This document shows positions 35,129 to 38,359 of a DNA stretch of 38,359 nt, piece after piece (position 1 is the stretch's first letter; each line of letters begins with the position of its first letter). The DNA lies in the IMG/VR virus record IMGVR_UViG_3300033076_001014, positions 1 to 38,359 of that record; one strand, written 5' to 3'. The notes below the pieces were generated by a model, which was not told where the DNA came from, searched no databases, and saw only the letters and a program-made list of their open reading frames with translations. This DNA is from a virus. Lineage: Duplodnaviria > Caudoviricetes. The translations under genes were made by a program, and so were the position numbers.

Positions 35129-35587
35129 TTAAAGATTTTCCCACCATTTAAGCGGGCTAGTTTGCATATATTCACGGTTTCCAGCTTCGTCAATGAAAAA
35201 CCACTGCGGTAGTCGAGAAGTGCCAACCAGCATGTGTGTCCAGCAGTACGGGGAGACACAAACAATCCGGTGAATATGGCTTGGCGTTATTATGTTGGTA
35301 TCGCCAGGCTTTAAATCTCTGGTTTTCACATCGCCATCATCAAGATAGGCCTCTATGTATCCTCCTACCAAAATTGAGCTTTGAGCGTTCCATGGGTGGC
35401 TGTGCAAGTGCCTATCGCCATCAGCGATCAAGAACTGGTGAATCCACTCTTGGGAGCCATCCGGGTGTTCGCACACTAAATAGCGGGTCAGGTAAGGTTT
35501 GCCGCCAACTTCAATAGTTTTGCGCGGCATATTGGCCACATAGGCAAGCATTGCTCGGTTTAGAACAGTCTCGCTAGTTATATTCAT
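35129..35587 (-). CDS. Cupin-fold phage protein
   Basis: YLTRY, IHQF..D.DRHLHSHPW, GGYIE and HIHRI metal-binding cupin pattern. Confidence 0.75.
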   Translation of the reverse strand: MNITSETVLNRAMLAYVANMPRKTIEVGGKPYLTRYLVCEHPDGSQEWIHQFLIADGDRHLHSHPWNAQSSILVGGYIEAYLDDGDVKTRDLKPGDTNIITPSHIHRIVCVSPYCWTHMLVGTSRLPQWFFIDEAGNREYMQTSPLKWWENL

Positions 35588-35709
35588 TTTTTCCATTCCC
35601 CACATTCTGTTTTAGGTTTTATTTGGCCAGTGTACTTCATAGGCCGCTCTTTTTCGCCAGCTGAGCAGGCAATCCAGACGATAAGCAGGACTATCACGAA
35701 TCTAAGCAT
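35584..35709 (-). CDS. Small protein with hydrophobic N-terminus (41 aa, MLRFVIVLLIVWIACSAGEKE...)
   Basis: Manual translation. AGGAG RBS and ATGA coupling to the cupin gene. Confidence 0.55.
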   Translation of the reverse strand: MLRFVIVLLIVWIACSAGEKERPMKYTGQIKPKTECGEWKK

Positions 35710-35861
35710 GGCACGCTCCTCTTTGGCTTCCTGAGCCGAATTTCCGCCTTTTCTAGTTCTTCCATGCGCTCAGGCAAAACCCAGCAAAGGCGCTGCTTAA
35801 GGCCCTGCGCTTTTAGCCGGTTGTGCCTTTCGGCTCTAATCACGTTTTTGTCTTTTGGCAT
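35694..35861 (-). CDS. Small basic protein, DUF3018/MazE-like ribbon DNA-binding candidate (55 aa)
   Basis: Manual translation [31 protein letters not shown].... ATG overlaps the upstream TAA. Confidence 0.55.
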   Translation of the reverse strand: MPKDKNVIRAERHNRLKAQGLKQRLCWVLPERMEELEKAEIRLRKPKRSVPCLDS

Positions 35862-36589
35862 TAATTCACCCATTTCCCGGCTGTTAATATTTGACGCAGT
35901 TTTTCTTTTTGTGCGGCCCCGGCAGCGGCCCTGGCAGCGTCCCAGGCAGCGTCCCAGGCAGCGTCCCAGGCAGCGTCCCAGGCAGCGTCCCCGGCAGCGG
36001 CCCTGGCAGCGTCCCAGGCAGCGTCCCAGGCAGCGTCCCCGGCAGCGGCCCTGGCAGCGTCCCTGGCAGCGTCCCTGGCAGCGTCCCAGGCAGCGTCCCA
36101 GGCAGCGTCCCCGGCAGCGGCCCCGGCAGCGTCCCCGGCAGCGTCCCTGGCAGCGTCCCAGGCAGCGTCCCAGGCAGCGTCCCCGGCAGCGGCCCAGGCA
36201 GCGGCCCTGGCAGCGTCCCAGGCAGCGTCCCAGGCAGCGTCCCTGGCAGCGGCCCTGGCAGCGTCCCAGGCAGCGGCAAGCTCTTCATCTGTCGCCAATC
36301 CGTTAGCATGATTTCGAGCAACCACCAGGGCATTTAAGCTGCGCTCGTCGGTCATTAGGTGCTTTATTTGCTCTGCGCACCAAACAGCATATAGCCGCCA
36401 CAAATTAGCGTACTCCGGCAGGCATTGTAGGCACCAAAAGGTGTCGTTTAATCCGTTACTATCCAGAACGTCTGTTAATGGAAATTCAATATCATCAGCA
36501 GATGTTTTGCCTTTGCTCGTTAGCAGTTTTTGCCATCCTTCGGCGCATGGTGACTTTTCGCGTATTTTGTTCAGTGTAATTAAGATCAT
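35861..36589 (-). CDS. Phage protein with AA[WRG][DA] tetrapeptide repeats
   Basis: ACTGGGGA RBS before ATG 36589 ([15 protein letters not shown]). N-terminal domain RLYAVWCA..., then 30 repeats. Confidence 0.8.
   Translation of the reverse strand: MILITLNKIREKSPCAEGWQKLLTSKGKTSADDIEFPLTDVLDSNGLNDTFWCLQCLPEYANLWRLYAVWCAEQIKHLMTDERSLNALVVARNHANGLATDEELAAAWDAARAAARDAAWDAAWDAARAAAWAAAGDAAWDAAWDAARDAAGDAAGAAAGDAAWDAAWDAARDAARDAARAAAGDAAWDAAWDAARAAAGDAAWDAAWDAAWDAAWDAARAAAGAAQKEKLRQILTAGKWVN
35913..36274. repeat. 12-bp tandem repeat, 30 units, GGCAGCG[T/G]CCC[A/T/C]
   Basis: Read directly. Only two positions vary. Confidence 0.97.
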
Positions 36590-36651
36590 GGTTTTTCCCC
36601 AGTGTTTGCCCATTGCGGGTCGGTGGTTGTTAGGACTATGTGCTTGATGGT

Positions 36652-36858
36652 CTAAGCGTAAACAACTGCACTGGCAACTTCCCATGCAGATTCTCTGATA
36701 GCGGAAATAGCTTTATCTGTAGAAACTCCGTTAGCATGATTTCGAGCAAGCGCCATAACATTAAGATTTCCTGCTTCTACTTTAACTGAGCAGCCAGCAT
36801 TAAGTACAGACGCTGATTTTTCGTTTAATAATTTATCTTCCAATTGCATATTGGTCAT
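36652..36858 (-). CDS. Hypothetical protein, partial paralog of 35861..36589
   Basis: ACTGGGGA RBS. Shares ARNHANG and 23 identical nt with the neighbouring gene. Confidence 0.65.
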   Translation of the reverse strand: MTNMQLEDKLLNEKSASVLNAGCSVKVEAGNLNVMALARNHANGVSTDKAISAIRESAWEVASAVVYA

Positions 36859-36929
36859 AATCTTATCCCCAGTTCCGCGCCGCCCATTGCGGCGTCATTT
36901 AATTAAAGCCCCTCGCGGGGCGGTGGTTG

Positions 36930-37181
36930 TTAAGCGTCTAAACTTACCCAAGACCATGGGCAGCGATCCCACAGGCGGCTGCAAAATTCTTCCGCTTCTT
37001 CCTGGCGGTTTTCGTCTGTGCAGTGAGTGGTTTTAATGCTCTGCTCGTCTGAAACTTCGATTTCGGCTTCTGGAAATTCTTTAGCCAGTTCAGATAATGC
37101 CCAACCCCGATAGCCCTCCGCGTCTGATTCGGTAACGTTATCGCCCATGTTTTCAATCGGTGCAAAGTAAGTGATTTTCAT
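36930..37181 (-). CDS. Acidic hypothetical protein, first gene of leftward cassette B (MKITYFAP...)
   Basis: ACTGGGGA RBS at 37190-37197. The upstream extension in the ORF track is promoter sequence. Confidence 0.75.
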   Translation of the reverse strand: MKITYFAPIENMGDNVTESDAEGYRGWALSELAKEFPEAEIEVSDEQSIKTTHCTDENRQEEAEEFCSRLWDRCPWSWVSLDA

Positions 37182-37261
37182 AATATTATTCCCCAGTTTT
37201 AGCCGCACCCAATGTGCCGCTGTTGAAGTAACTATAATATAGGTGTCATGACACCGCAAGC
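37175..37261 (-). promoter_or_regulatory. Duplicated promoter-operator-leader, copy B
   Basis: TTGCGG-17 nt-TATAGT with perfect palindrome GGTGTCATGACACC (37242-37255). Confidence 0.8.
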
Positions 37262-37337
37262 GCTTTATCAATATTTTTTGCAAATCGGCAAAACGTGGTA
37301 GAATGCGGCTTATTACATTTGTCAATAGGGCTAGACC

Positions 37338-37460
37338 ATGCGCATAACCAAGCCAAGCAAACCCCGCACGCGAGACGTTGAAAAAGGCAAGTCTAAGCCG
37401 CCTACTAAGACCGCCTACGGCCCGGCAACCCGCTCAGCTCCAACCCGCAAAGGGCGCTAG
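37338..37460 (+). CDS. Small K/R/P-rich protein (40 aa, MRITKPSKPRTR...)
   Basis: Manual translation. Stop lies 2 nt before the next ATG. Confidence 0.5.
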   Translation: MRITKPSKPRTRDVEKGKSKPPTKTAYGPATRSAPTRKGR

Positions 37461-37462
37461 TC

Positions 37463-37885
37463 ATGAGGTGGCTTCCGTTTTTATTGGTGCTGCTAAGTGC
37501 GTTTGCCCCGGTTGAGCTTTTGGCCAGTACAGTATGGGCAGAGTTGGGAATCCGCTCGACATGGTCAGTTATGCTATGCCTAGCCCTATACTATTGCCTT
37601 AGCGCCAAAACATTGTCGGTCATACTTATTTGTGAATCGCTGTCAATCGCATATAATTTAGCCATAGCGCTTGGGTATTATTTCGCAGACAAAGACCTAT
37701 CAGCGCTGTATGAGCCCTTGATGATTGTCTTGTTCTTCATCGAGCTATATAGCACCCTGCCCTGGCGTACCCGACGTGACAGCAGACCCCATGGAAGTAG
37801 CAGCGATAGTATACGTGGTAGCGCATTTAGCCATCACGATATGGCTGTTGTCGATGAAATGCAGGTGGCTTCATGCAAGGTATAA
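37463..37885 (+). CDS. Multi-pass membrane protein
   Basis: About four hydrophobic segments, upstream of the lysis genes. Confidence 0.65.
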   Translation: MRWLPFLLVLLSAFAPVELLASTVWAELGIRSTWSVMLCLALYYCLSAKTLSVILICESLSIAYNLAIALGYYFADKDLSALYEPLMIVLFFIELYSTLPWRTRRDSRPHGSSSDSIRGSAFSHHDMAVVDEMQVASCKV

Positions 37886-38223
37886 ATCATATCGACAATC
37901 TAAGCGGGGTCGGTGAAGTGCACCAATCTATGATAGCCTGGTTTTTACATTCAAAGGCCCTCACCATAACCGCTACTACATCCGCAGTCACATATCTAAC
38001 AGCCTACAGCACAGACATAGGCCATGCAGCCGCCGCAGTCCCCCAAGTAATCAATTTTATCGGCACACATGGGCCAGTTAGTGGATTCTCCTGGGCTGAC
38101 GTTATGGCCGTTGGCAGCTTTTTATTGGTAATAACCAATTTGATAATCGGCATTCAAAAGATCGTATCTGGCTGCCGCGACTGGCTCAAAAAGCCGCGCA
38201 AGAGGGCAAAGCGCAATGTTTAA
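37873..38223 (+). CDS. Holin-like membrane protein
   Basis: TM segment WADVMAVGSFLLVITNLIIGI, basic C-terminus, overlaps the endolysin start. Confidence 0.55.
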   Translation: MQGINHIDNLSGVGEVHQSMIAWFLHSKALTITATTSAVTYLTAYSTDIGHAAAAVPQVINFIGTHGPVSGFSWADVMAVGSFLLVITNLIIGIQKIVSGCRDWLKKPRKRAKRNV

Positions 38224-38359
38224 GCTGGGGTCAAAATCACTTGAAAGGCTAGAAGGCGTACATCCTGATTTGGTCGCCGTGGTTAAACTGGCCATCCAGA
38301 AAACAGAAATTGACTTCACCGTGCTTGAAGGCCTGCGCACCAAAGAGCGCCAGGTGCAG
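38216..38359 (+). CDS. Endolysin, M15-family peptidase (truncated by window end)
   Basis: Manual translation MFKLGSKSLERLEGVHPDLVAVVKLAIQKTEIDFTVLEGLRTKERQVQ, the typical N-terminus of L-Ala-D-Glu peptidase endolysins. Confidence 0.9.
   Translation, partial: MFKLGSKSLERLEGVHPDLVAVVKLAIQKTEIDFTVLEGLRTKERQVQ

Noticed and set aside
35913-36274. CRISPR array or diversity-generating retroelement
   Set aside because: No unique spacers, no cas genes, no reverse transcriptase and no TR/VR pair in the window.
35764-36337. ORFs 35764..36306 (+), 35891..36337 (+) and 35884..36333 (-) with RPRQ, GSVP and PGTL repeats
   Set aside because: Shadow frames of a stop-free 12-bp repeat. Only the AAWD frame has an RBS and a globular N-terminal domain.

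Overview
This window looks like an almost complete, circularly permuted P22-like (podovirus-type) phage genome. It begins in the last codons of a 3-TM holin and ends in the first codons of an M15-type endolysin. It carries a full P22-type virion module (terminase, portal, scaffold, coat, gp4/gp10/gp26/gp14, three ejection proteins, SGNH tailspike), a leftward recombination operon (Sak/Rad52 plus exonuclease), a Cro-like gene, an O-like initiator with iterons plus DnaB, a helicase-methylase pair, Nin-like genes, a dimeric dUTPase and two counter-oriented cassettes behind duplicated promoters. I saw no integrase and no CI repressor. The most striking unexplained signal is RNA-level. At least nine non-structural genes share the unusual RBS octamer ACTGGGGA, and about four more carry close variants. 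A separate minus-strand unit of about 160 nt (sigma70-like promoter to intrinsic terminator, 32696 to 32539) displays the exact complement, UUCUCCCCAGU, in a hairpin loop. This suggests a phage-wide sRNA regulon of translation. Further structured non-coding RNAs sit where cI would normally be. All family calls are by motif recognition and synteny, not database searches.
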